Part shown: positions 24,601 to 39,600 of the stretch, piece by piece
Layout: each line of letters begins with the position of its first letter
How positions within the stretch are numbered: the stretch's first letter is position 1
NCBI RefSeq assembly: GCF_963676685.1
Contig: NC_092357.1
Coordinates: forward strand, 52,328,001-52,392,000
DNA length: 64,000 nt
Direction: 5' to 3'
Origin: Mytilus edulis
Lineage: Eukaryota
Notes under the pieces: model-generated
Databases searched by the model: none
The model's input: the letters and a program-made list of their open reading frames with translations, nothing else
Told to the model about the DNA's origin: nothing
Position numbers and translations under genes: made by a program

Positions 24601-27600
24601 AGTTATTATTTTTTTCTATTTTTTTTATTAATGCATCACTTCCTACTGTCCTTATCTATTATTCTATATATTCTGTGTGTCCATCCAGATTCTCGTGTAT
24701 ACAATGAGGGTCCGGATTGGGGGTGTTGTTTATTTCTATACTCTTCAAATTGTCTGTTACTTTTCTCTACATTTTATTTTATCTTGCTCATTATTATTTG
24801 TTTATTCTTTATATATTCTAGCATCCCAATATATTTTACTTACTGATGTTTAGTTACATTACGACGTTTATCTCTGATTTATATACTGGTTAATACCAAT
24901 TTAGATATGTTCCAGACCATATGAGTATTTGGACCGTACGCGTACGGTCCGGACCGTATACGTATACTCGTACGGTTAGATCATACGCGTACGGTCGGAC
25001 CGTATGAGTGTACGCGTATGGTCCAGTACGAGCTGACCATACATGTTATTAGATCATATGGATTAAATTTTGAAAAAATAACATTAATCACAATCTTTAT
25101 TTTCAGATTTAATAATTTAGTATTATTACAATTACACGGATAAAATGAACAAATGAACAATTGAAATTAAATATTTGTTTAATTGTATATCTTGATCCTA
25201 ATTTTGGTACTCTCAACCAATGTTACACATGCTACCACAAGTAACGTACTAATATTTTTTACATTTACATTTTTGCAGTTCGTGTATGTTCCTTAGCAAA
25301 AATATTTTTTGGTAAAGTTGCTAAATATTCTAAAACAATTGTCCTCCCACATTATATTTACTTCCGATATTTTCAATTTTAGTGATCATAATTCAATTAT
25401 TTTACAGAGTGATCGACATGTTAAATACAAGAGATTAACAGATTCAATTAGCGTGAATTTTTTAAATCATTAAAATATATAGTTGTTTTTTTTCAATTAC
25501 AATTAAACTTTTTTATATCTATTTGAGAGTTAAGTTATATTGATCTGTTATATGGATCTAATTAACTTTGACAACTTCTTAATATTAGTCAGACCATACG
25601 CGTACGGTCCGACCGTATGAGTATTTAAAAAAAAATACGCATACGGTCCAGACCGTACGCGTACGGTCCAAATACTCATACGGTCTGGAACAGATACAAA
25701 TTAGTGTCATTCATGACAACCTAAATAGAATCAACATGATATGCGACCATTCTTTGATGAAATCAATATGTATATATTATAACATGCCCTTTTCTATATT
25801 AGCCCTGGTATCATCCCGAGACTCCCATGTCGGCCTCGAGGCTTTAGCCGAGGGCCGATATGGGTCGAGGGATGATACCAGGGCAAATATGGAAAAACAT
25901 GTCATAATCTTTAAGCTATTTATCACATATTTAAGTGTTGCAGAAAAGAGGGAAAAAAAGTTCAATTATAACAATTTAATGAAACATAACAGGTAAATCT
26001 TAAAAATTTATCCGTATCCGTAACAAATATGTGATAAGATATAAATAACACATAGCTGAGAGGGTGATAGAGCAGATTGGGTCCCGAGAAAACATTGTCA
26101 ACCGCGGCGAAGCCAAGGTTGACAATGTTTTTTCGAGGGATACCGATCTGCTCTATCACCCTCTCAGCTATGTGATATTTGATTTATTATAATGAATGTC
26201 CTATCATAATTTTCTTTAACAGATGAGTTTTATTATAAAGTATTTTCTATGTAGTCACGTACTTGACAGCGTAACGGGTATTTGAAAAATCATCAGAAGT
26301 GAAGTAAATAGACAATAGTAGTGCATTGACTTGACATATAAACGATACAAGGATTAGGCCCGAAACGGGAAAAAAGCTCTGCTATCAAGAAAAAAAATAT
26401 TTTCAATTGTTGTTATTTTGTTATTGTTATTTATTTTATTTAGATTTTGGGTAAATACCCCTTTCAAAAGGCCTCATATCTGGCTGAGAAATATACATCA
26501 CAATGAACTAGTGGGAGATATTATGGACATAATTGTGCAAATCGTGATACAAGCATGAAATTTGGTACAAAGGTTGACTAAATGATAATTAAAAAAAATC
26601 AGGTGCTGGCCATCAAAAATTTTCATTTTTTCAAGATGGCCGCCGATCATTTCCAATGGCGTCATATCCAATTGGCTACATTCCGTAAATCCTTGAAAGC
26701 TGTGTTATAGGTATAATACAGTGTAAGTTTTGGTAAAACGTAAATTACAGTTCCTAAAGTACGACAAAACAACACATAAATGACAAAAAAGAGTGACTTC
26801 CGATTCCAAAATGGCGGCAAAACTTTTGAAAATGTATTCTACTACATCTGTGTCAGTGCTACCTAAAATTACCGTTTTACAATAATTTTCATAATCATGC
26901 AAAACATGGACAAACACTAGTGTATATGCTTCTCCATTATTACAAGGGGTAGCTGGAAAGTATTCTTATTAGTCTCTAAAGAAGCAAATCTGTCGGCAAG
27001 AAACTTGAACAATTTCGTTTCGTTGTCATCTTCACAGAGAAAACTACTCCATACCCTTGGTGTTCTACCAGAACCAACACCTTTCCGTCTAGCACAAGAA
27101 ACTTGCTTTTGTCTTGTCACATCTAGCCTGTAAATCATTCATTTAGTAAACATCAAATACAATGTGTACTCTTGAATACTGATCGATTCAAGATTTTATG
27201 TAAGGTAGTATGATATCATTTGCAAAATCACCAAATAGTGTTGCCCAACAAGGTGGCCTGGAATAAACAATTGCTGCCCCACCAACGACAAATGCGTCGG
27301 AATTTGGATCAGCAAATCTCAAAATGTTTCAAGTATACCCCTTTGCACCGATTTAATACCACTGTTTAAAGTGACATCCTGCGACAATGCAAAAACGGAG
27401 GAGCAGTTTTTTTTTTTTTTATGGATAAAGAAATATTCCAAGTCAATTTGTCTACTGTGACAAGAAATAAAAGTCTAGAAAAGATATCGCAATCACTTTT
27501 AATGTTCTCTAGCTTTGTTTTTGACAAAGACGTTTACAGTTTTATTTTACGGACAAAATAGGAAGTTGTTCTTTTTGATCTGGTTATAAGAAACAGGTTC

Positions 27601-30600
27601 TCCTTCGTTTTGCATTTGCTTCAAACGATATTCGTATTGATTGCCTTTGATCTTTTTAAAGAAATCCTTTTGTGTTTTTGTAGAGTGTTCATTAAGTCGT
27701 TCATCAGTTATATAATGCCTCAAACCACTAGATCTTTCAAATTCATCTGATAGTCTACTGACTTCTGGTCCAGCTACCATCCATATGTCTAAAATGGATC
27801 TTTGGTTAGACCTATGACAACAACATCGCCCTTCACAACAGCATTATTCTGTTTTTTTGCCTGATCAATTGTGCTATAAGAAAAATATTTGCTGGTCTTA
27901 CGTACAGTGAAATTATCATTTTCAAAATCAATTGCCACCTGTGGGTTACGTTAGAGAAGGGAAGCCATATCTCGGAGAAGGTCGGTAATGATCGAGAATA
28001 ATTTACACTATCAAGACCTTGATAAATACGGCATCATGCTTTATATGGACTGTTTGTACAAAATCTGACTCATGAAATGACCATACTACTAAATTCACAA
28101 GAAGTTCTTATTTTATAATTGAACGCCAGGAATTAAACTGTGCTCGAGATGACTCTATTTCCTTAGACCAGTCTATCAAATACTTGAACGTCACAGAGTC
28201 ATAACATGATTACAATTTCTGTGTTTAGCTTTCTTAAGCCAATATATACAATTCAAGCAAAACACATACAGTTATCTGATGCCCGTGTCTAGTCCTAGGT
28301 ACATTTGAACATACATACAAAGAATCTGTCGTTCTAGGTGTTGCAATATTGGTTTTAGTGAAGACACATGTCCATCCACTATCACGTTATATATCACCCA
28401 TAATTTAAATAAGTCATTTCAAGGTGCAGCCCACCTCACATGACGATAAACTTATCTTCTCCGTACAAATCAGGCCATTCCCACCGAAGAGCCATTACCA
28501 AAAGTGACTGATCTGCCATTACTATTGATGTTTCTCCCGTATTAACTACATTTTTCGCCTTATCCATCGAATACCTGATGTGTGCAACTGAATGGGCTTG
28601 TTTTTAAACAGTGGCACCATAGATGTTCCACTTACTTGAACAGCTCTACAAGAGCCTCGATTTTTAGAGTAATGAAATAAACTACGATTTATACCAGTGT
28701 GCCCTGGTAGTGCATACAAATCGCTCTTTATGTCTATAAAAAGTTTGCGCATGCGCAAAATTGGTAAATCATGTGTATCATAACCTTGAAAAATGTTATA
28801 AAACCAAATCATAATATCATTGAAAATCCCAAAAACATTAATTTTATAGTAAATAGTTCAAATATTTTTTAATGAATTTTTATACATTTCGCGCATGCGC
28901 AAACCCTGGATATGTCAAATATTCATTTCTAGTACATTTTTCCCATGTAAGGAAGGTAGCTACCAATCATGATAGCTGTTTTTCACTAAAAGAAGGTAAA
29001 AGAAAAGTTTTCCAGAAAAAATCAGTATTTTCAAACTGTAAAAACAGCCATTTTAGAAAAAGGCCGTGGCCATCTTGAAAAAAAAGGATTTTTTTTAGTG
29101 GCCAGCAGTTGTTTCTTAAAAAGTATATAATAATGATGCTTTGTGGTAATTTTCATGCTTGTATCATCATTTGCACAATTCTCGCGATTTTGCCTTCTAA
29201 TATCTCCCACTAAACATGATGAAATGTACATCACCAGTTAAAACCCATCGATGGTGAACGAATGCGTTTAATATCAACAATAATCATAACAAACAATGAT
29301 TTATAGGTTTTAAAGTAAACATATTAACAAGTGAAATACGTTTTTCCAACAATTGTAAAAGAAATAAGTTTGAGTCGTTCCACGCTTCGTTGTATAGTAA
29401 ATTAGAACTTTAAGCATTGTCTATAAAATAACTTGATGTAGATTCAATTCATTGTCGTTTAAACTGCCGATTTTTGATTGGTCTAGCCGAGAGGGTGACA
29501 TTCCAAAAAATTGTCACCCGCTCAGCCATGTGATAGAGTAAATTAACACCTTCGTATTAGGCAACCAAAATATGGCATTTCAATATTCATGCCCTAAATT
29601 CATTGTTCATGTCAGTGTTTCCGTATATATTATGTTTCATTGCTCATGTGTTGTTTCCGTATATTTTAGCCACTCGTCTTGAGCCTACCCATTTGATCCG
29701 ATAACACCCCATACAGCAATAAAATTATACTTTTATTGCCATTCATAACTCTTAACAGACCAATTAACAGACCGGGTTTTATACATCCGACCCATTAACA
29801 GACCTGGTTTTAAATAAAGATTGATTTATGTCACCAAAATACAGATTTTTGTGTAAATTTTTCACACAATGATATCAATTTGGTTGACAAACATAATGCC
29901 TGTCTTTGTTCGATGTTCAAAATATCGCATGCAAGTAAATTCAACCAACGTGTCTTTTTGTGTACATTTTGTGTGTGTAAAATGTGTATAAATTTATTGA
30001 TGAGTAACACGCCTTTTCATTTTATAGATCGTACATCGAAGCTTGAAAAATAATAATTACACCACTGGATTCAGTACATTGAATTGTTTTGTTAGACATG
30101 AATAATTTTTATGATAAACATATATTTAAAAAGTTATACAATGAAACATTCAGAATTTCCAATGATTTCCTCGATAACACCTGATTAACAGACTTTAGCC
30201 AACCCGATTAACAGACCCACCGCCGATATAGCCACATACTCAATATAGATTAACCGACCAATCTCTCGGTTAGCCGAGTGTCGGCCGTGCGATCAGACAA
30301 TAGTTTTAAGTTGAATCAATGCAGACAAGATCATTAACTGATGATCATTAGCTAGTTGATACATTTGTCTTTTAAAATACAACTGACATATAATGATCGT
30401 AATGGTGCAATGTGGATAAATTTATCGGTTTCCGAGAGCAAAATTGGCAGCGCGTCATCCCTACAATGGCTTCCATTTCTACGATTGTAAAAATGAACTG
30501 GCGTAATGGGGAGATAAGTGGTTAGGAGACGTCCCATGAGGTCTTACGTATACAGGTTCACATTTATAATGGTTTGTGATATAACATTTTACAAGGTTTT

Positions 30601-33600
30601 ATGAAATTCACACTTCTGCATGTTTATATATGTCTCTGGTTAAGAGAACCGTCTTGAGGTGTGTATTATAACACACTTTTTTTTATCCCCAAAAAACAGT
30701 TAGTAGAGGAGATGCGTATTATACACAAATACAGACGGTTTTCTTAAATTATTATTACATTGTACTTTTTTCAATTTTTTTTTTTAAACTGTTTTTCTTC
30801 ATTATTTGATATTTTAAATCACAAAAATATTTTATTGTATGATTTACTTTTATAACTATATACATATCTGAAATCTATTAAATATAAATCGTACATCTTA
30901 ATCTAGAACCTTAGAAAGTTTACTTTACTTTTTTGATTATTAGATGATTAATAGCTATGCCAAATAGTCATCTAGGCCCTTCTAGTCACGTTATTAGATG
31001 ATGAACGAACAAAGACTTAAAATGAGATTAATGTCCACTCAGTCTAAAAGTATGTCACAGTAGACAGGAAGTTGGAATAAAAAAACAAAAAATTCAAATT
31101 ATCTTCTTTATTAATATTACAGTTCATATCTAGATAAAACTTGGTGAATATGTTTTTTTTTTATGTTATTGTGAACATAATAAGATGTTAAGTAAAAAAT
31201 CGTGAATTTTCCCAAATGGATTTTTTTTTACATGAAAGGGCCATTGTTGAAGATGCAGGTGAGCGACATATGCTGTTTAGAGCCTCTAGTTTCTTTTTGT
31301 AATGCATTAGAATAGAAATAATAAAGCATAATTATATTGTTTTTTTAAACTTTTTATTTGGAATTAATTTGGAAGCCATAGATTTTTTGCATGTGTATAG
31401 TTACTAAAGTGTTCTATCAAACTGTCAACCAATGGACAAATCTGATTCAAATACTTGTTGATATTGATATAACAATTTAGATTACTTCATCAATTGGACA
31501 GATCATATCAATCCATTCATGGAAACATATACAAACTAAAAATCTTTGAAGTTTCTTATGTTTGTCATTTGGGAACGGTTCACTGCTTCACCAGTTGATG
31601 ATAACAGTAAAATGATAATATGATTCTCTTCTTCAGCCAACTTCTAGAAATGCCAAACTTCAAATATTTTGGGAATGCTACATTTGATCACTTGACTAAT
31701 TTACAAAGTTTGTAAGTATATTTGTATGAGATCACGTAAAACAAATTTACAAAGTTTGTAAGTATATTTGTATGAGATCACCTAAAACCAATTTACAAAG
31801 TTTGTAAGTATATTTGTATGAGATCACCTAAAACCAATTTACAAAGTTTGTAAGTATATTGGTATGAGATCACCTAAAACCAATTTACAAAGTTTGTAAG
31901 TATATTTGTATGAGATCACCTAAAACCAATTTACAAAGTTTGTAAGTATATTTGTATGAGATCACCTAAAACCAATTTACAAAGTTTGTAAGTATATTTG
32001 TATGAGATCACCTAAAACCAATTTACAAAGTTTGTAAGTATATTTGTATGAGATCACCTAAAACCAATTTACAAAGTTTGTAAGTATATTGGTATGAGAT
32101 CACCTAAAACCAATTTACAAAGTTTGTAAGTATATTGGTATGAGATCACCTAAAACCAATTTACAAAGTTTGTAAGTATATTTGTATGAGATCACCTAAA
32201 ACCAATTTACAAAGTTTGTAAGTATATTGGTATGAGATCACCTAAGACAAATTAAAAATCTGCTGCAACAGTTCACCAGAAGTCAGTAAGGGTGCAGACA
32301 CATTCTTCTTTTAATCTTACCTGATTATAATTTTACTATTTCTTCAATAGTCAACAGGTTACATTCACTTGATATCAATTCTTTATTTAAAAGAATAGTT
32401 ATGAAGTAAAACTTTCCTGTCTCCTCTGATTTGCTGATTGTGATGTCATTAAAAAAGAGGAACATTTTTGAAGATAATTATAAGAGAAGGATTATGTTTG
32501 CCAACCTATCGGCTAAAAACTTTAGAGAAATAGATTTTATCACTCTATGACGTCCTATAACATATCTCCATTCAAAACTAATACCTTTTCAATTTATATT
32601 AGAACATATAAGTCTTCAGTTTTATATATCACATTCCATAAAGTGATAGAAAGAAAATTTCTGTTATAATTCCAACAGTCTTGAATGAATGTATGTTTTT
32701 AATTAACAGGACTATTCATTCCACAAGTCTGATTCAGTTCCCTGACATATCTACAACTCAGATGGAGAAAATGTAAGTTTAATCTTAACAGGCAATGAGA
32801 TAAACTGCTATAAGACAGTTCAATCTTTCTCAGAAACCGATGCTCAGCCTCAAAAGCTTTTTGGGGGTTGTCTATAGAATTTATATTAGCAACTAACATG
32901 TTAAAATTTTTAAGATTTTATTTTCTCATACTATCATAAACTTTGTATGAATAAAGTATACATTTCAGTTTATCTCCCCTGACTAAGGCCATGGCAGATA
33001 GAAACTGTTGTTTCTTTGTAATATATTATGTTTATCCGCCCTGACTAATCATTCAGCCAATGGACATACAGGTGGTTACTGTTGTTTCTATGTAATATAT
33101 TATGTTAAACTCTCCTGACTAGGGATTCAGACCATGGACATACAGGTGGTTACTGTTGTTTCTATGTAATATAGTATGTGTATCTCCCCTTACTAAGGAT
33201 TCAGGCAATGGTCGATGGTTACTGTTGTTTCTTTGTAATATATTCTACTTATCTCCCCTGACTAGGGATTCAGGCCATGAACATACAGGTGGTTACTGTT
33301 AATTCTATGTAATATATTCTGTTTATCTCCCCTGACTAGGGATTCAGGCCATGGGCATACAGATAGTTATTGTTGTTTCTATGTAGTATATTACGTTTAT
33401 CTCCCCCTGACTCAGTATTTAGGCCATGGCAAAAAGTTAGTGTTGATTCTATGTAATATATTATGTTCATCTCCCCTGACTAGGGATTCAGGCAATGGAC
33501 ATACAGATAGTCACTGTTGTTTCTTTGTAATATATTATGTTTATCTTCCCCGGATTAAGCATTCAGGCCATGGACATACAGGTGTTTACTGTTGTTCGTT

Positions 33601-36600
33601 TCTATGTAATATATTATGTTAATCTCCTCTGACTAATGGTCAAGGCAATAGACATACAGATAGTCATTGTTGTTTCTTTGTAATATATTATATTATCTCC
33701 CCCTGACTAAGCATTCAGGCCATGGCAGATAGTTACTGTTGATTCTATGTAATATATTATGTTCATCTCAGCTGACTTATGATTCATGCCATGGACATAC
33801 AGATAGTCACTGTTGTTTCTTTGTAATATATCATGTTAATCTCCCCTGATTAAGCATTTAGGCGATGGACATACAGGTGGTTACTGTTGTTTCTATATAA
33901 TATTATGTGTATCTCCCCTTACGAAGGATTCAGGCAATGGTCGGTGGTTACTGTTGTTACTTTGTAATATATTATGTTTATGATAATATCTTCCCCTGAC
34001 TAAGCATTCAGGCCATGGACATACAGATAGTTATTGTTGTTTCTATTTAATATATTATGTGTATCTCCCCTGACTAATGATTCAGGCCATGGACATACAG
34101 ATAGTCACTGTTGTTTCTTTGTAATATATTATGTTTATCTCCCCCTGACTAAGCATTCAGGACATGGCAGATAGTTACTGTTGATTCTATGTACTAATAA
34201 TCTATTATGTTTATCTCCCCTGACTAATGATTCAGGCCATGGACATACAGGTGGTTACTGTTGTTTCTAAGTAATATATTATGTTTATCTCCCCTGACTA
34301 AGCATTCATGCCATGGACATACAGGTGGTTACTGTTGTTTCATTGTAATAGATTATGTTTATCTCCCTTGATTAAACATTTAGGCCATGGGTATACAGGT
34401 GGTTATTGTTGTTTCTATGTAATATGATATATGTATCTCCTCTGACTAAGGGTTCAGGCAATGATCGGTGGTTAATATTGTTTCTTTGTTATATATTATG
34501 TTCATTCCCCCTATCTAAGGATTCAGGCCATTGACATCCAGGTAGTTACTGTTGTTTCTATGTAATATATTATGTTTATCTCCCCTGACTAAGGATTCAG
34601 GCCATGGATATACAGATAGTCACTGTTGATTCTTTGTAATATATTATGTTCATTCGTCCTGACTAAGAATACAGGCCATGGACATACAGGTAGTAACTGT
34701 TGTTTCTTTGTAATATATTATGTTATCTCCCCTGACTTAGCATTCAGGCCATGGCAGGTAGTTACTGTTGTTTCTATGTAATATATTATGATTATCTCCC
34801 CTGACTAAGGAATAAGGCCATGGACATACAGATAGTTTCTGTTGTTTCTATGTAATATATTATTTTTATCTCCCCTGACTCAGCATTCAGGCAATGGCAG
34901 ATAGTAACTTTTGTTTCTATATAATGTATAATGTTCATCTCCCCTGACTAAGGATTAAGGCCATGGACATACAGGTAGTCACTGTTGTTTCTATGTAATA
35001 TATTATGTTTATCTCCATTGACAAAGCATTCAGGCCATGGCTGATAGTTACTGTTGTTTCTATGTAGTATATTATGTTTATCACCCCTGACTAATGATTC
35101 AGGCCATGGACATACAGATAGTCACTGTTGATTCTTTGTAATATATTATGATTATCTCCCCTGACTAAGGATTAAGGCCGTGGACATACAGGTAGTTACT
35201 GTTGTTTCTATGTAATATAATATTCTTATCTCCCCTGATTAAGCATTCAGGCAATGGCGGATAGTTACTGTTGTTTCTATAAAATATATTATGTTTATCT
35301 CCCCTGACTAAGCATTCAGACCATGGCAGATAGTTACTGTTGTTTCTATGTAATATATTATGTTTATCTCCCCTGACTCAGTATTCAGGCCATGGATATA
35401 CAGGTAGTTTTTGCTGTTTCTTAGTAATATAATATTCTTATCTCCCCTGACTAAGCATTCAGGCCATGGCGGATAGTTACTGTTGTTTCTATAAAATATA
35501 TTATGTTTATCTCCCCTGACTCAGCATTCAGGCCATGGCCATACAGATAGTTACTGTTTTTTCTATGTAATATATTATGTTTATCTCCCCTGACTAAGGA
35601 TTAAGGCAATGGACATACAGGTAGTTACTGTTGTTTCTATAAAATATATTATGTTTATCTCCCCTGACTCAGCATTCAGGCCATGGACATACAGATAGTT
35701 ACTGTTTTTTCTATGTAATATATTATGTTTATCTTCCCTGACTCAGCATTCAGACCATGGCAGAGTGTTACTGTTGTTTCTATGTAATATACATGTTTAC
35801 CTCCCCTGACTCAGTATTCAGGCCATGGATATACAGGTTTACTTCTGTTTCTATGTAATATAATATTCTTATCTCCCCTGACTAAGCATTCAGGCCATGA
35901 CAGGTAGTTACTGTTGTTTCTTTGTAATATATTATGTTTATTCCCCTGTCTAAGGATACAGGCCATGGACATACAGTTAGTTACTGTTGTTTCTTAGTAA
36001 TATATTATGTTTATCTCCCCTGACTAAGCATTCATGCCATGGACATCCAGGTAGTTACTGTTGTTTCTATGTAATATATTTTGGTTATCTCCCTTGATTC
36101 AGCACTCAGGCAATGGACATACAGGTGTTTACTGTTGTTTCTATGTAATATATAATGTGTATCCCCTGACTAACGATTCAGGCAATGGTCAGTGGTGATT
36201 GTTGTTTCTTTGTAACATATTATGTTTATCTCCTCTGACTAGGGATTCAGGCCATGGACATACAGAAAGTAACTGTTTTTTCATTGTAATATATTATGTT
36301 AATATCCCCTGACTAAGCATTGAGGTCATGGTAGATAGTTACTGTTGATTCTCAGAGGCGGATTTTAGGGGGGGGGCAGGGGGCCCGGCCCCCCCTTTTG
36401 GGAAAAAATTTGGTTGCTTATATAGGGAATCACTGAAGCGTGACTGGAGCGGGCCCCCTCTTAGGTCAGTCAGTGGGCCCCCACTTATGAAAAATTCTGG
36501 ATCCGCCACTGATTCTATGATTCTGTTCATCTGCCCTTACTAGGGATTCAAGCCATGGAGATACAGATAGTCACTGTTATTTCTTTGTAATGTATTTTGT

Positions 36601-39600
36601 TTGTCTTCCCCTGATTAAGCATTCAGGCCATGGACATACAAGAGGTTACTGTTGTTTCTATGTAATATATTATGTTTATCTCCCCTGACTAATGATTCAG
36701 ACCATGGACATACAGATAGTCACTGTTATTTCTTTGTAATATATTTTGTTTGTCTTCCCATGATTAAGCATTCAGGCCATGGACATACAGGTAGTTACTG
36801 TTGTTTTTATGTAATATATTATGTTTATCTCCCCTGAATAGGGATTAGGCCACGGACATACAGGTAGTCACTGTTGATTCTTTGTTATATTTTATGTTTA
36901 TCTCCCCCAGATTAAACATTCAGGTCATGGACAAACAGGTGGTTACTGTTGTTTCTATGTAATATATTATGTTTATTCTCCCTGACTAAGGATTCAGCCC
37001 ATGGACATACAGTTAGTTACTGTTGTTTCTTAGTTAATATTATGTTTATCTCCCTAGCTTTCAGCCAATGGACATCCATGTAGTTACTGTTGTTTCTATG
37101 TAATATATTATGTTTATCTCCCCTGACTCAGCATTCAGACAATGGCAGATAGTTACTGTTGTTAATCTATGTAATATATTATGTTTATCTGCCCTGACTA
37201 AGGGTTCAGGCAATGGTCGGTGGTTACTTTTGTTTCTTTGTAATATATTATGTTTATTCTCCCTGACTAAGGATTCAGCCCATGGACATACAGTTAGTTA
37301 CTGTTGTTTCTTAGTTAATATTATGTTTATCTCCCTAGCTTTCAGCCAATGGACATCCATGTAGTTACTGTTGTCTCCCCTGACTAAGCATTCAGACAAT
37401 GACAGATTGTTACTGTTGATTCTATGTAATATAATATGTTTATTTCCCCTGACTAGGGATTCAGGCCATGGACATACAGATAGTCTCTGTTTTTTCATTG
37501 TAATATATTATGTTTTTCTCCCCTGACTAAGTATTCAGGTCATGGCAGATTGATACTGTTGATTCTATGTATTATATCATGTTAATCTCCCCTGACTAAG
37601 CATTCGGACCATGGACATATAGATAGTCACTGTTGTTTCTTTGTAATATATTATGTTTATCTCCCCTGACTAGGGATTCAGGCCATGGACATACAGGTAG
37701 TTACTGTTGTTTCTATGTAATATATTATGTTTATCTCCCCTGACTAGGGATTCAGGCCATGGACATACAGATAGTCACTGTTGTTTCTTTGTATAATATT
37801 ATGTTTATCTCCCCTGACTAGGGATTCAGGCCATGGACATACAGATAGTCACTGTTGATTCTTTGTAATACTTTATGTTTATCTCCCCCTGATAAGGCAT
37901 TCAGGCCATGGACATAATGGTGGTTACTGTTGTTTCTATGTAATATATTATGTTTATCTCCCTCGACTAAGCATTTAGGCCATGGCAGATAGTTACTGTT
38001 GTTTCTATGTAATATATTATGTTTATCTCCCCTGACTAAGCATTCAGACCATGGACATACAGGTGGTTACGGTTGATTTTATGTAATATATTATGTTTAT
38101 CACCCCTGACTAGTGATTCAGGCCATGAACATACAAATAGTCACTGTTGATTATATGTAATATATTATGTTTATACCCCCCTGACTAAGCATTCAGGCCA
38201 TGGCAGATAGTTAGTGTTGATTTTATGTTATATATTATGTTTATCTCCCCTGACTAGGGATTCAGGCCATGGACATACAGATAGTCACTGTTGTTTCTTT
38301 GTAATATATTATGTTTATCTCTCCTAACTAAGCATTCAGGTCATGGCAGATAGTAACTGTTGTTTCTATGTAATATATTATGTGCATCTCCCCTGACTAG
38401 GGATTCAGGCAATGGACATACAGGTGGTTACTGTTGTTTCATTGTAATAGATTATGTTTATCTCCCTTGATTAAACATTTAGGCCATGGGTATACAGGTG
38501 GTTATTGTTGTGTCTATGTAATATATTATGTTCATTCGTCCTGACTAAGAATTCAGGCCATGGACATACAGGTGGTAACTGTTGCTTCTATGTAATATAT
38601 TATGTTTATCTCCCCTGACTAAGGATTTAGGCCATGGACATACAGTTAGTAACTGGCGTTTTTAAGTAATATATTATGTTTATCTCCCCTGACTAAGCAT
38701 TCAGACCATGGACATGCAGGTAGTTACTGTTGTTTCTTTCTAATATATTTTGTTTATCTCCCCTGACTTAGGATTCAGGCAATGGTTATACAGGTAGTTA
38801 CTGTTGTTTCTTTGTAATATATTATGTTAATCTTCCCTGATTCAGCTTTTAGGCAATGGACACACATGTGGTTACTGTTGTTTCTATGTAATATATTATG
38901 TTCATCTCCCCTGACTGAGCATTCAAGCCATGGCAGGTATTTACTGCTATTTCTTTGATACATATGTTATTTTTATCTCCCCAGACTTAACATTCAAGCC
39001 ATGGCAGGTAGTTACTATTGTTTCTTTGTAATATACTAGTATTATGTTTATCTCCCCTGACTAAGCATTCAAGCCATGGCAGGTATTTACTGTTTTGTCT
39101 TTTAAACATTTATTATTTTTATTTCCCCTGACTATGCATTCAAGCCATGGCAGGTAGTTACTGTTGTTTCTTTGTAATATATTATGTTTATCTCCCCTGA
39201 CTAAGGATTCAGTCCATGGACATACAGGTAGCTACTGTTGTTTCTATGTAATATATTATGTTTATCTCTACTTACTAAAGATTCAGGCCATGGCAGGTAG
39301 TTACTGTTGTTTCTTTGTTATATTTTATATTCATTTCCCCTGACTGAACATTCAAGCCATGGCAGGAAGTTACTGCTGTTTCTATGTAATATATTATGTT
39401 TATCTCCCCTGACTTAGCATTCAAGCCATGGAAGGTAGTAACTGTTGTTTCTATGTAATGTATCATGTTTATCTCCCCTGACCAAGCATTCAGGCCATGG
39501 CAGGTAGTTACTGTTGTTTCTTTGTAATATTTTATATGTATCTCCCCTGACTAAGGATTCAGGACATGAACAGGCGGGTTGTTAATGTTTTTTTCTTTGT

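Larger units (their letters stand above)
23431..30289. mobile_element. Non-autonomous DNA transposon with ~90-bp TIRs (CACGGCCGAC...) and 5-bp TSD CGATC; Transib-like signature
   Basis: 23431-23520 is the reverse complement of ~30199-30289; CGATC at 23426-23430 and 30290-30294; subterminal TTAACAGAC repeats. Confidence 0.88.

Noticed and set aside
23431-30289. RAG-like transposon with RSS ends
   Set aside because: No RAG1/RAG2-like coding remnants and no clear nonamer; the internal coding relic is Academ-like and has its own TIRs
33440-39466. Short ORFs within the satellite
   Set aside because: Units of 74 and 69 bp with frequent stops; no coding signal
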